This document shows positions 1 through 8,987 of a DNA stretch of 42,203 bases, piece by piece. Where the stretch lies: contig CADBPJ010000010.1 in assembly GCA_902796445.1 (NCBI GenBank), positions 1-42,203 on the forward strand. The letters are read 5' to 3'. How positions within the stretch are numbered: position 1 is the stretch's first letter; the number at the start of each line of letters is the position of its first letter. Source of the stretch: an uncultured Ruminococcus sp. Lineage in GTDB: Bacteria; Bacillota; Clostridia; UBA1381. Made by a program: the position numbers and the translations under genes. Below the pieces are notes generated by a model that did not search any database, was not told the DNA's origin, and saw nothing but the letters and a program-made list of their open reading frames with translations.

Positions 1-444
1 CCGATACGTGTAAGCCGTTCGCTAAAGGATATTGCATATAAGTCATTACGTGCAAAGGAGCAGTTTATATCAAAGAATATGCGTGAGCCTACTATTGAGG
101 AGCTTGCAAAGGAGATAGACGTAAAAAAAGAAGATATAGTATTTGCATTAGATGCCATTGCCGATCCTGTGTCGCTTTTTGAGCCTGTGTATCATGACGG
201 CGGTGAGGCGATTTACGTTATGGACCAGGTAAAGGACACGAAAAACACAGATGTAAATTGGATAGAGTCCATAGCATTAAGTGAGGCGATGCATCATCTT
301 GATGATAGAGAAAAGAACATTTTAAATCTCCGCTTTTTCTGCGGTAAAACGCAAATGGAGGTGGCGGAGGAAATAGGAATAAGTCAGGCGCAAGTGTCAC
401 GGCTTGAAAAATCAGCATTAAAATCCATGCGTAAGTATGTGTAA
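1..444 (+). CDS. sigG: Sporulation RNA polymerase sigma factor, C-terminal part (5' end lies outside the window)
   Basis: Frame 1 is open from base 1 (PIRVSRSLKDIAYKSLRAKE...). DPVSLFEPVYHDGGEAIYVMDQ and the region 4 HTH GKTQMEVAEEIGISQAQVSRLEK match my recollection of B. subtilis SigG. Another sporulation sigma factor (SigF or SigE) is not fully excluded. Confidence 0.8.
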   Translation, partial: PIRVSRSLKDIAYKSLRAKEQFISKNMREPTIEELAKEIDVKKEDIVFALDAIADPVSLFEPVYHDGGEAIYVMDQVKDTKNTDVNWIESIALSEAMHHLDDREKNILNLRFFCGKTQMEVAEEIGISQAQVSRLEKSALKSMRKYV

Positions 445-565
445 CAAAAACCGTAAATACTGCATATTATAGATATAGAACAATGCGGAATCAGGAATTT
501 ACGTCATATGATTTATTGGATTTCGTACTTGGCTAATCGAATTATTAAAAAAGGAGATAATATCA

Positions 566-2404
566 ATGTGTGGGATTTGCGGCTATATAAATCATAAAAA
601 CAACTATGTCAGAAACGAAAAATATAACATTGAAAAAGTGCGTAGAATGAACGATACCCTCACCCCGCGAGGACCTGATAATGAGGGCATATGGGTGGGG
701 GAGCGTGCGGTTTTTGCTCACCGCCGTTTGGCGGTTGTAGACATAGAGGGCGGTGTGCAGCCTATGAAACGTGTGTCGCAAGGTTACGAATTTATTATAG
801 CCTATAACGGAGAGCTGTATAATACCCCTGAATTACGCAGAGAACTTGAAGGCTTTGGGTACGAGTTTACAACAACCTCCGATACCGAGGTGCTGTTATA
901 TTCATATATCCATTATGGAACTGATTGCATAAACAAACTCAATGGCATATTTGCGTTTGCAATATATGATTCAATGAGGCGGTGTGTTATTCTTGCACGT
1001 GACAGATTTGGTGTAAAACCGCTATTTTATTATAGGCTTGATGATACGCTTGTGTTCGCCTCGGAAATAAAGGCATTGTTTAAATATCCCGAAATATCTG
1101 CACAGCTTGACCATGACGGACTCTGTGAGCTTTTAGCTATGAGCCCTGCACGAACAGAGGGCAATGGTGTATTTAAAGGAGTAAAGGAAGTATTGCCGGG
1201 GCATTTTATGCGTATTTCAAACGGCAATATAACAGAAAAACCATATTGGGAGCTTAAGAGCTGTGAGCATACGGACAGCTATGATGAAACGATCGAAAAG
1301 GTACGTTATCTTTTATGTGATGCAATAAAGCGACAGCTTGTATCTGATGTGCCCCTTGCAACATTTTTATCGGGAGGACTTGATTCAAGTTTCATAACTG
1401 CCGTTGCGGCAAAGGAAATACCAAATCTTGCTACATATTCGTTTGACTATGAGGGGAATGATAAATACTTCAAACGGAGCAGTTTTCAGCCTGACCCTGA
1501 CAGTGAATGGGTGCCGAAAATGAGTAAGGCATTTAATACTGACCATACATATCTGATGTGTCCAAACGATGTGCTTGTACCAATGCTCAATGATGCACTC
1601 TTTGCAAAGGATTTACCGGGAATGGCAGATTGCGATTCGTCGCTTGTATATTTTTGCCGTGAGGTGAAAAAACGTCACACTGTTGTATTATCGGGTGAAT
1701 GTTCTGACGAAATATTCGGGGGTTATCCCTGGTTTCGTGACCCTGATGCATTTTCGCGTGATGCATTTCCTTGGTGTTATGATTTGTCAATGCGTGAGGA
1801 TATTTTAATTGACAGCGTGAAACGTACACTTGACATTACAGGTTATTCATATAACAGATACCATGAAAGCATCCTGAAAACTCCAAAGCTTCTTGGAGAG
1901 AATAGAGAGGAGTCCCGTCGCAGAGAAATCTCGTGGCTTAATATTAAATGGTTTATGACAAACCTTCTTGACCGTAAGGACAGAATGAGTATGGCATCGG
2001 GGCTTGAGGTGAGAGTTCCGTTCTGTGACCACAGACTTGTGGAATATGTCTGGAATATTCCTTGGGAGATGAAAAACAGGGGAAATATTTCAAAAAATAT
2101 TTTGCGTGAGGCGGCGCGCGGTATTTTGCCTGAGGATATTCGTACACGAAGAAAAAGTCCATACCCAAAAACACATAACCCTGTATATGAAGCAGAGGTT
2201 AAGGCGAAATTACGTGATATAATTGAAAATCCAAACTCGCCCATACTTGCAATATGTGACCGTAAGAAGTTGTTCGATGTTATAAATGGTGATTTTGATT
2301 ACGGCAAGCCGTTTTTCGGTCAGCTTATGGCAGGACCGCAGTTTGTCGGATACCTTGTTCAGCTTAATATGTTGTTTGAGGCATATAATGTAAGATTTAT
2401 TTAA
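566..2404 (+). CDS. asnB: Asparagine synthase (glutamine-hydrolysing)
   Basis: N-terminal MCGI nucleophile Cys2 of class-II amidotransferases. SGGLDSS PP-loop motif in the synthetase domain. 612 aa. RBS AAGGAG lies 8 nt upstream. Confidence 0.9.
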   Translation: MCGICGYINHKNNYVRNEKYNIEKVRRMNDTLTPRGPDNEGIWVGERAVFAHRRLAVVDIEGGVQPMKRVSQGYEFIIAYNGELYNTPELRRELEGFGYEFTTTSDTEVLLYSYIHYGTDCINKLNGIFAFAIYDSMRRCVILARDRFGVKPLFYYRLDDTLVFASEIKALFKYPEISAQLDHDGLCELLAMSPARTEGNGVFKGVKEVLPGHFMRISNGNITEKPYWELKSCEHTDSYDETIEKVRYLLCDAIKRQLVSDVPLATFLSGGLDSSFITAVAAKEIPNLATYSFDYEGNDKYFKRSSFQPDPDSEWVPKMSKAFNTDHTYLMCPNDVLVPMLNDALFAKDLPGMADCDSSLVYFCREVKKRHTVVLSGECSDEIFGGYPWFRDPDAFSRDAFPWCYDLSMREDILIDSVKRTLDITGYSYNRYHESILKTPKLLGENREESRRREISWLNIKWFMTNLLDRKDRMSMASGLEVRVPFCDHRLVEYVWNIPWEMKNRGNISKNILREAARGILPEDIRTRRKSPYPKTHNPVYEAEVKAKLRDIIENPNSPILAICDRKKLFDVINGDFDYGKPFFGQLMAGPQFVGYLVQLNMLFEAYNVRFI

Positions 2405-2418
2405 CATAGCATAAAATG

Positions 2419-2562
2419 AAAACCGAGCAGTAGGGACACACTCACTCTGTAAGACTGTTGCGGTGTGTTTGGCGAAAATGCATTTCCCTTGTGGTTTAGA
2501 GCATTTGAGGCAAATATACCGCAACAGCTATAATGGAATGATACTCTTGATGCTCGGCTTTT
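2419..2562 (+). terminator. Large rod-like hairpin ending in a T-run, probably the asnB terminator or a 3'UTR structure
   Basis: Outer stem CCGAGCA (2423-2429) pairs with TGCTCGG (2551-2557) and is followed by CTTTTT. An inner stem of about 17 bp pairs 2455-2471 with 2511-2527 (core CTGTTGCGGT/ACCGCAACAG). An apical stem pairs AAATGC (2476-2481) with GCATTT (2501-2506). An unpaired internal loop of about 25/23 nt separates the outer and inner stems. Confidence 0.45.
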
Positions 2563-2606
2563 TGCGTATTATCCAAAAATTGTAACATTTTTTTAATATT
2601 TAAAGG

Positions 2607-2635
2607 TTGACAATAATGTAATGTTATGATATTAT
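2607..2635 (+). promoter_or_regulatory. Sigma-A type promoter for ruvAB
   Basis: TTGACA (2607-2612), 17-nt spacer, TATTAT (2630-2635), preceded by TGa (extended -10). Confidence 0.5.
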
Positions 2636-2679
2636 GTAAATAATGTGGAGAACCACACGATAATGGGAGTATAGGAATT

Positions 2680-3282
2680 ATGTACTATTATATAAAGGGT
2701 ACGTTGATGTACAAGGGCGATAATTATATCGTTGTCGATGCATCGGGTATTGGCTACAGAATTTTCACATCACTTGAATGTATAGAGAAATCTCCTCATA
2801 CAGGCAGTGATGTCACAGTGTATACATATCTTAATGTGCGTGAGGACGCTATGGAGCTTTACGGCTTTTACAGCGAGGAGGAACGCGCAATGTTCCTTAT
2901 GCTTATAAGCGTATCGGGTGTAGGACCCAAGGCAGGACTTGCACTCTTGTCTGTTGCATCGCCTCAAAAGCTTGCAGCAGCAATAGTGATGGGTGATGAA
3001 AAGCTTTTAACAAAGGCATCGGGAGTAGGTCCGAAAGCCGCAAAGCGAGTGATACTTGAGCTTAAAGATAAAATAGACACAGATACGTTAGGCATTGACG
3101 GTGATGATGGTGTGACACTTTCAGATGATACAGAAATTATTGCTGATTCGCGTGCTGAGGCAATGAGTGCCTTGGTGGTATTAGGCTACAGTGCAAGTGA
3201 TGCGAAGAATGTATTAATGAAGCTCGATGCGACACTTACTACAGAAGAGCTTATTAAGAAAGCTTTACTACAGCTGATGTAG
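2680..3282 (+). CDS. ruvA: Holliday junction branch migration complex subunit RuvA
   Basis: 200 aa. Tandem helix-hairpin-helix motifs (ISVSGVGPKAGLALL and LTKASGVGPKAAKRVILEL). Sits immediately upstream of ruvB. Confidence 0.93.
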   Translation: MYYYIKGTLMYKGDNYIVVDASGIGYRIFTSLECIEKSPHTGSDVTVYTYLNVREDAMELYGFYSEEERAMFLMLISVSGVGPKAGLALLSVASPQKLAAAIVMGDEKLLTKASGVGPKAAKRVILELKDKIDTDTLGIDGDDGVTLSDDTEIIADSRAEAMSALVVLGYSASDAKNVLMKLDATLTTEELIKKALLQLM

Positions 3283-3294
3283 GGAGGACTATAA

Positions 3295-4302
3295 ATGTTT
3301 GATGAAGATGAACGCTTTGTCACATCAGGTATGATTGCAGAGGATACTGACATTGAATACGGTCTGCGTCCTCATAAATTCAGTGAGTATATCGGACAGA
3401 CAAAGGCGAAGGAAAATCTTGAGGTATACATACAAGCGGCGTTAGAACGTAAGGAGGCACTTGACCATGTGCTGTTATACGGACCGCCCGGTTTAGGTAA
3501 AACCACTCTTGCAGGGATAATCGCAAACGAAATGGGCGTTAATATCCGCATAACAAGCGGTCCTGCTATAGAAAAGGCGGGCGACCTTGCGGCAATTTTA
3601 ACTAACCTGTCAGAACACGATATACTGTTCATTGACGAGATACACAGAATGTCAAGAACAGTTGAGGAAATACTATATCCTGCAATGGAGGATAATGCGC
3701 TTGATATTATAATCGGAAAAGGCCCTGCGGCAAAATCTATACGTATTGATTTGCCGAAATTCACACTTATCGGCGCGACTACAAGGCTGGGACTTTTAAC
3801 AGCACCCTTGCGTGACAGATTTGGTGTAATATCAAGACTTGAGCTGTACTCGGTTGAGGAATTGACAGACATAGTATTGCGTAGTGCAGGACTTTTAGAC
3901 GTAGTTATTGACAATGACGGTGCGGCGGAAATTGCATCACGTTCACGCGGCACGCCTCGTCTTGCAAACAGATTTTTAAAACGTGTCCGTGACTTTGCCC
4001 AGGTTAAGGGAAATGGTGTTATAACAAGCGAAATTGCGGATATGGCGCTAAAACGTCTTGAGGTGGACGAGCTTGGGCTTGATTCCATAGACAGCCGTAT
4101 GATACGTGCAATGATAGAGAATTTTGGTGGCGGACCTGTAGGTCTTGAAACCATTGCCGCAACCATTGGTGAGGAAGCAAACACAATAGAGGACGTATAT
4201 GAGCCGTATCTGCTCCAGCTTGGGTTCATTTCAAGAACACCGCGTGGCAGAATTGCAACAAAGCAGGCATACGACCATTTCGATATTGCATATACGGAAT
4301 AA
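3295..4302 (+). CDS. ruvB: Holliday junction branch migration DNA helicase RuvB
   Basis: LRP..F.EYIGQ start. Walker [10 protein letters not shown], Walker B LFIDEIH, and the sensor region RGTPRLANR. Confidence 0.97.
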   Translation: MFDEDERFVTSGMIAEDTDIEYGLRPHKFSEYIGQTKAKENLEVYIQAALERKEALDHVLLYGPPGLGKTTLAGIIANEMGVNIRITSGPAIEKAGDLAAILTNLSEHDILFIDEIHRMSRTVEEILYPAMEDNALDIIIGKGPAAKSIRIDLPKFTLIGATTRLGLLTAPLRDRFGVISRLELYSVEELTDIVLRSAGLLDVVIDNDGAAEIASRSRGTPRLANRFLKRVRDFAQVKGNGVITSEIADMALKRLEVDELGLDSIDSRMIRAMIENFGGGPVGLETIAATIGEEANTIEDVYEPYLLQLGFISRTPRGRIATKQAYDHFDIAYTE

Positions 4303-4329
4303 AAATACTAAGGAAGGGAGCATAAGGTT

Positions 4330-5925
4330 ATGAAAAAGCTGATTAGTCTGTTTATAGCTATGTGCATTTGTTTAGGTGTGATACCCGTATTTGCCGCACC
4401 TATACAGATATGCTATGACGGCGGAACACATATATATACAGGCAATGTATACAGGCTTTTAGTAAACGGCAACGAAGTACATTCGGATATGGAACCGATA
4501 ATATTCAACGGCCATGCTCTTGTTCCTGTAAGAGAAGTATTTGAATCCTGCGGTGCAACGGTTGATTATATAGGCGACTCACAATGCGTTAAGGTAAGGT
4601 ATAACAGTACACTTATTACAATGCATATAAATAATAACCGTGCATATATAAACGGTCAGGCAGTGCGTATTCCTGACGGGGTAGTGCCGAAGCTTATATA
4701 TAAGCCGGGAGGTCTTACAAAGACAATGGTGCCTGCGCGATTTATAAGTGAAACTGTAGGAATGAACGTGGAATTTGACGGGGAAAAGGGCGAGATACTT
4801 ATAGATGAGAAAATATCGGAGCCACAGCCAACGCCTACTCCAAAACCAACTCCTACTCCGACGCCTACAAAAAAACCCGGGGCACAGAATATAACAAGTA
4901 TAGATACCGAATTTTATTCTGATAATAAGCTTAGTCTGAATATTGAATGTGATGGTGCTGTTTCGGGACTTGTATCAAATTTTGATTTGTCATCACCTGA
5001 ACGTGTGGTAATCGATCTTAAAGGAGTCAAGTATAAAAACAAAACGGAAACCATTGAAACAGGCTCAAAGGTCATTAAAGCCGTAAGAGTAGGTGTTGAT
5101 GATGAGAGAACAAGGATAGTTATTGACGTTGAGGATTTGGTAAGCTACACTGTTAAACCCAAGGGTAATACAGTAACTGCTACGATTACTGTTTCGGGTA
5201 ACATAAAGAGTACGCAAACTCCAACTGCAACACCAAAATCGACAGCAACACCAAAACCGACAGCAAAACCTGATTATGACAAAATCGGAAATTCTGCGGC
5301 AGACTCACAATACAATACGGGAATTGTCAAGGCATCAAGTGAAGATGCAAAGAAAATCATTATGCTTGATGCAGGTCATGGCGGAAGTGACCCGGGTGCA
5401 TTAGGTACACTTAACGGAAAAACCATAAACGAAAAAGATTTGACACTTAGTATTACATACAAGGTTAAGGCAATCCTTGAGAGTAATGGATATAAGACAG
5501 CAATGACAAGAAAAGGCGATACATTGCCGTCATTGTCCGAACGCCCCGAAATGGCGAATAAAAAGGATTGTGCGTTGTTTGTAAGTATTCATATAAATTC
5601 TGCTACAGCCACAGAAGCAAAGGGTACGGAGGTATACTATTCTGAGGAGAACAATGGCGATGAATACGGTGTAACAAGCCAGCTTTTTGCGACAAAGGTT
5701 CTTAACGGAATGTTAAAGTATATGAAATCAACTGACCGAGGTGTACGAATGGCGAATTGGGCGGTAATAAGACGTTCAAATATGCCCGCAGTATTGGTAG
5801 AGGTCGGATTTATCTCAAACGAGAGTGAACTGAAGAATATGTGTTCTGATGATTATCAGAACAAGACTGCAATGGGAATTGCAGAGGGTATAATAAATAC
5901 GATACATTATGTAGAGGTTCCATAA
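4330..5925 (+). CDS. Secreted N-acetylmuramoyl-L-alanine amidase: signal peptide, copper-amine-oxidase-N-like domain, PT linker, AMIN-like domain, PT linker, Amidase_3 catalytic domain
   Basis: Hydrophobic N-terminus MKKLISLFIAMCICLGVIPVFA. ALVPVREVFESCGATVDY is typical of the Cu-amine-oxidase N-terminal-like fold. Linkers are PQPTPTPKPTPTPTPTKKP and TPTATPKSTATPKPTAKP. VVIDLKGV and TRIVIDV are AMIN-like. The catalytic module has IIMLDAGHGGSDPGA, FVSIHINS and VLVEVGFISN. Confidence 0.85.
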   Translation: MKKLISLFIAMCICLGVIPVFAAPIQICYDGGTHIYTGNVYRLLVNGNEVHSDMEPIIFNGHALVPVREVFESCGATVDYIGDSQCVKVRYNSTLITMHINNNRAYINGQAVRIPDGVVPKLIYKPGGLTKTMVPARFISETVGMNVEFDGEKGEILIDEKISEPQPTPTPKPTPTPTPTKKPGAQNITSIDTEFYSDNKLSLNIECDGAVSGLVSNFDLSSPERVVIDLKGVKYKNKTETIETGSKVIKAVRVGVDDERTRIVIDVEDLVSYTVKPKGNTVTATITVSGNIKSTQTPTATPKSTATPKPTAKPDYDKIGNSAADSQYNTGIVKASSEDAKKIIMLDAGHGGSDPGALGTLNGKTINEKDLTLSITYKVKAILESNGYKTAMTRKGDTLPSLSERPEMANKKDCALFVSIHINSATATEAKGTEVYYSEENNGDEYGVTSQLFATKVLNGMLKYMKSTDRGVRMANWAVIRRSNMPAVLVEVGFISNESELKNMCSDDYQNKTAMGIAEGIINTIHYVEVP

Positions 5926-5930
5926 TGAAA

Positions 5931-5958
5931 TGGGGGTTGTTGCAATGCAACAGCCCCA
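5931..5958 (+). terminator. GC-rich hairpin after the amidase gene, with no clear U-tract
   Basis: GGGGTTGTTGC (5933-5943) pairs with GCAACAGCCCC (5947-5957), giving an 11-bp stem with a 3-nt loop. It is followed by ATATTAG rather than a T-run, so its terminator function is uncertain. Confidence 0.35.
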
Positions 5959-5981
5959 TATTAGTGTGAAAGAGGAAAAAT

Positions 5982-6575
5982 ATGTATAAGGTAAGGGAAG
6001 CCATAATAGTGGAAGGAATATACGATAAAACAAAGCTTGCGGGGTTTATAGACGGAGTAATTCTTACAACACACGGGTTTGCCGTATATTCTAATGACGA
6101 TTTTATCAAAACAATAGAAGAGCTTGCGAAACGAACAGGTATAGTTATACTTACCGACTCGGATTCTGCAGGTATGCGCATACGCAATTTCGTTAAGCAA
6201 AAAATATTGGACGGCATCGTCAAGCACGCATACATTCCCGATATTGAGGGAAAGGAACGCAGAAAAAGCCGTGCTTCAAAGGAGGGCTTTTTAGGTGTTG
6301 AGGGAATGAGTGAGGAGATTATAATAAATGCACTCAAAAAAGCCGGCTGTGAGATTAACAACGAGGTTACGGAGGGAAAGCAATCCCAAATAACAAAAGC
6401 TGATTTGTATATCTTAGGTCTTTCAGGAGGTAAGGACAGTGCGGTGTTACGTGAAAAGCTTTCAAGAGAAATAAATATTCCTGCACGAATTTCTGCAAAT
6501 ATGCTCCTTGACGTTTTAAACAGGCTCTACACATATGATGAATTAGTTGAAATTGTACAAAGAATACAGAAATAA
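5982..6575 (+). CDS. Toprim domain protein of the DUF4093 / RNase M5-like type
   Basis: AIIVEGIYDK and VILTDSDSAGMRIR are Toprim acidic motifs, as in RnmV. The C-terminal helical part is of the kind annotated as DUF4093. 197 aa. Confidence 0.75.
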   Translation: MYKVREAIIVEGIYDKTKLAGFIDGVILTTHGFAVYSNDDFIKTIEELAKRTGIVILTDSDSAGMRIRNFVKQKILDGIVKHAYIPDIEGKERRKSRASKEGFLGVEGMSEEIIINALKKAGCEINNEVTEGKQSQITKADLYILGLSGGKDSAVLREKLSREINIPARISANMLLDVLNRLYTYDELVEIVQRIQK

Positions 6576-6601
6576 TTTAAAGAAAATTTATCATATAACT
6601 A

Positions 6602-6630
6602 TTGACAAATACACTAAAATAGTGTAAAAT
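6602..6630 (+). promoter_or_regulatory. Sigma-A type promoter for ylxM-ffh
   Basis: TTGACA (6602-6607), 17-nt spacer, TAAAAT (6625-6630). The spacer contains the small palindrome ACACTAaaaTAGTGT. A 7-bp hairpin CTGTAAA/TTTACAG (6635-6659) lies just before the RBS. Confidence 0.45.
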
Positions 6631-6668
6631 AACTGCTGTAAATCAAATTTACTTTACAGGTGATGATA

Positions 6669-7004
6669 ATGGCAAAGGATTTAAGCTTGGTAATTCTGCT
6701 TGATTTTTACGGAGGGTTGCTTACCGATAAACAGGCACTTGCCCTTGATTGCTATTATAATCAAGACTTATCATTAAGCGAAATAGCTGATGATATGGGC
6801 ATAAGCCGACAGGGAGTTATGGCATTTTTAAGGCAGGGCGAAAAACATCTGAAAAGCTTTGAGGAAAAGCTTGGTCTTGCAGAGAGGTTTCATAAAATGA
6901 ATAACGGCTTATCTGATATGAAGGCTGTTATAGACAGTCTTAACGATACCGATAAAAAAACAGAGCTGCTAAAGCTAATCAGTTCAATATCAAATAATAT
7001 ATAA
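6669..7004 (+). CDS. ylxM: UPF0122 / YlxM putative DNA-binding protein (signal recognition particle operon)
   Basis: LLDFYGGLLTDKQ and LSLSEIADDMGISRQGV form a sigma-70 region-4-like HTH. Conserved position directly upstream of ffh. I moved the start to ATG 6669 (RBS AGGTG 7 nt upstream). The track ORF begins at GTG 6660. Confidence 0.8.
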   Translation: MAKDLSLVILLDFYGGLLTDKQALALDCYYNQDLSLSEIADDMGISRQGVMAFLRQGEKHLKSFEEKLGLAERFHKMNNGLSDMKAVIDSLNDTDKKTELLKLISSISNNI

Positions 7005-7023
7005 CGGGAAGGAGTGCAACGTA

Positions 7024-8367
7024 ATGGCTTTTGAGAGTTTAGGCGATAAATTGCAAGGCGTATTTAAAAAATTGCGTGGCAAGGGAAAGCTTACAGAGAA
7101 AGACATAAAAGAAGCTATGCGTGAAATAAAGCTTGCACTTCTTGAAGCAGACGTAAACTTTAAAATAGTTAAAGAGTTTATAAACAAGGTATCCGAAAAA
7201 GCACTTGGTGCTGATGTATTGGAGTCGCTTACTCCGTCGCAACAGCTTGTAAAAATAGTAAATGACGAGCTAACAGAAATGATAGGCGGAACAGAGGCTC
7301 AAACGTTGCAGTTTTCATCAAAGTCACCTACAGTGATTATGATGTGCGGATTACAGGGTGCAGGTAAAACAACCGCAACCGCAAAGCTTGCATTGCATCT
7401 TTCAAAGCAAAGCAGACGTCCGCTTATGGTAGCCTGTGACGTATATAGACCTGCCGCTGTAAAACAGCTTGAGGTTCTGGGAAAGCAGATAAATCAGCCT
7501 GTTTTCTCAATGGGTACAGATACTGATCCTGTGACCATCGCAAAGGAGGCTGTGAAATACGCAGTACAGCATGGAAACAACCCTGTTATTCTTGATACTG
7601 CGGGACGTTTGCACATAGATGAGGAGCTTATGGAAGAGCTTCGCAACATAAAAGCCGAAACAAATCCAACAGAAATAATGCTTGTTGTTGATGCAATGAC
7701 AGGTCAGGATGCGGTAAATGTTGCAAAGACGTTTAACGAACAGCTTGAAATAACAGGCGTTATCCTATCAAAGCTTGACGGTGATACACGAGGCGGTGCG
7801 GCACTGTCGGTAAAGCAAGTAACAGGCAAGCCGATAAAGTTTGCATCGGTAGGCGAGAAGCTTAACGATTTAGACGTATTCCACCCTGACCGTATGGCAT
7901 CTCGTATACTTGGAATGGGCGACATACTCTCACTTGTCGATAAGGCACAGGCGGAGTTTGACGAAAAGGAAGCCATTGCCTTAGAGGCGAAAATCAGAAA
8001 GTCACAGTTTGATTTGGACGATTTCCTCTCACAGCTAAAACAGATAAAAAAGCTTGGTTCATTTTCGCAGATACTCGGAATGTTACCCGGTGTTGACAGG
8101 AAAATGCTTGATGCTGTAGACACGGAAGAGAATGCAAAGCGAATGGTTCATATAGAAGCCATAATTCAGTCAATGACACAAGAGGAACGCCGTAACCCGA
8201 AAATCATAGGCGCAAACCGTAAAATACGAATTGCACAGGGTAGCGGTACACGTGTTCAGGATGTAAATCAGCTGTTAAGGCAATTTGCAGATATGCAGAA
8301 GATGATGAAACAGCTGACAGGCGGAAAACAACAGAAGATGATAAACCGCTTGCGTAAAATGAGATAA
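7024..8367 (+). CDS. ffh: Signal recognition particle protein Ffh
   Basis: GTPase motifs GLQGAGKTT, DTAGR and TKLDGD-like SKLDGDTRGGAALS. Met-rich M domain at the C-terminus. Confidence 0.97.
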   Translation: MAFESLGDKLQGVFKKLRGKGKLTEKDIKEAMREIKLALLEADVNFKIVKEFINKVSEKALGADVLESLTPSQQLVKIVNDELTEMIGGTEAQTLQFSSKSPTVIMMCGLQGAGKTTATAKLALHLSKQSRRPLMVACDVYRPAAVKQLEVLGKQINQPVFSMGTDTDPVTIAKEAVKYAVQHGNNPVILDTAGRLHIDEELMEELRNIKAETNPTEIMLVVDAMTGQDAVNVAKTFNEQLEITGVILSKLDGDTRGGAALSVKQVTGKPIKFASVGEKLNDLDVFHPDRMASRILGMGDILSLVDKAQAEFDEKEAIALEAKIRKSQFDLDDFLSQLKQIKKLGSFSQILGMLPGVDRKMLDAVDTEENAKRMVHIEAIIQSMTQEERRNPKIIGANRKIRIAQGSGTRVQDVNQLLRQFADMQKMMKQLTGGKQQKMINRLRKMR

Positions 8368-8429
8368 TTTATATATTGGTAAATATATTTATTATATAAA
8401 TAGTGAAACTAACAGGAGGTGAAAATGCA

Positions 8430-8675
8430 ATGGCAGTTAAAATCAGATTAAGAAGAATGGGAGCTAAGAAGGCACCGTATTACAGAGTTATAGTTGCTGA
8501 TTCAAGATCACCGAGAAACGGTAGATTTATTGACGAAATCGGAACATACGACCCGATGACAAATCCTTCAACTATTAACATTGATGCAGAGGCCGCTAAG
8601 AAGTGGATTGCAAACGGAGCACAGCCTACAGATACTGTAAAGGCGCTTCTTAAGAAATCCAATATTATCGACTAA
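8430..8675 (+). CDS. rpsP: 30S ribosomal protein S16
   Basis: [42 protein letters not shown]. Start set at ATG 8430 behind RBS AGGAGGTG. The track ORF is extended to GTG 8403. Confidence 0.95.
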   Translation: MAVKIRLRRMGAKKAPYYRVIVADSRSPRNGRFIDEIGTYDPMTNPSTINIDAEAAKKWIANGAQPTDTVKALLKKSNIID

Positions 8676-8689
8676 TGGAGGGTGTTTTG

Positions 8690-8920
8690 ATGAAGGAAGT
8701 ATTAGAAATCATCGCTAAGGCCCTTGTTGATAACCCTGATATGGTAAACATTACAGAGGTTAATAACGAAGATAATTCTGTTACACTTGAGCTCAGAGTT
8801 GCAGAAAACGATATGGGCAAGGTAATAGGAAAACAAGGACGTATTGCAAAAGCATTGCGTACTGTAGTAAAGGCTGCGGCAAGCCGAGAAAACAAGAAAG
8901 TATCGGTCGATATAGTTTAA
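8690..8920 (+). CDS. khpA: KH-domain RNA-binding protein (YlqC/KhpA family)
   Basis: GKVIGKQGRIAKALRTVV contains the GXXG KH motif. Conserved position between rpsP and rimM. Start ATG 8690 lies behind GGAGGG. An alternative start is ATG 8675. Confidence 0.85.
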   Translation: MKEVLEIIAKALVDNPDMVNITEVNNEDNSVTLELRVAENDMGKVIGKQGRIAKALRTVVKAAASRENKKVSVDIV

Positions 8921-8935
8921 TAATGCTTTATTGAC

Positions 8936-8966
8936 AAAGGGCTGTCCGCAAAATGGACAGCCTTTT
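8936..8966 (+). terminator. Intrinsic terminator or attenuator between khpA and rimM
   Basis: AAAGGGCTGTCC (8936-8947) pairs with GGACAGCCTTTT (8955-8966) around a 7-nt loop. The tail is TTTTGTGT. Confidence 0.6.
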
Positions 8967-8987
8967 GTGTAAAGAAAGGAAACCTAT

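Noticed and set aside
445-565. Possible T-box, attenuator or terminator between sigG and asnB.
   Set aside because: The spacer is only 121 nt. I found weak partial pairings (CGTAAAT/ATTTACG), no T-run and no specifier or T-box sequence.
2419-2562. Possibility that the long hairpin after asnB is a 6S RNA.
   Set aside because: It is too short (about 144 nt against about 180-200 nt). The closing stem is only 7 bp, and it sits 15 nt after a stop codon with a terminator-like T-run. None of the 6S features I can verify by eye are present. I kept it only as an unexplained structure.
3372-4229. 285-aa ORF on the minus strand inside ruvB.
   Set aside because: It is entirely antisense to a strongly supported gene. 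The protein is Ser/Ile/Ala-rich and low in complexity, has no RBS and no recognisable motif. This is the typical shadow ORF of a purine-rich coding strand.
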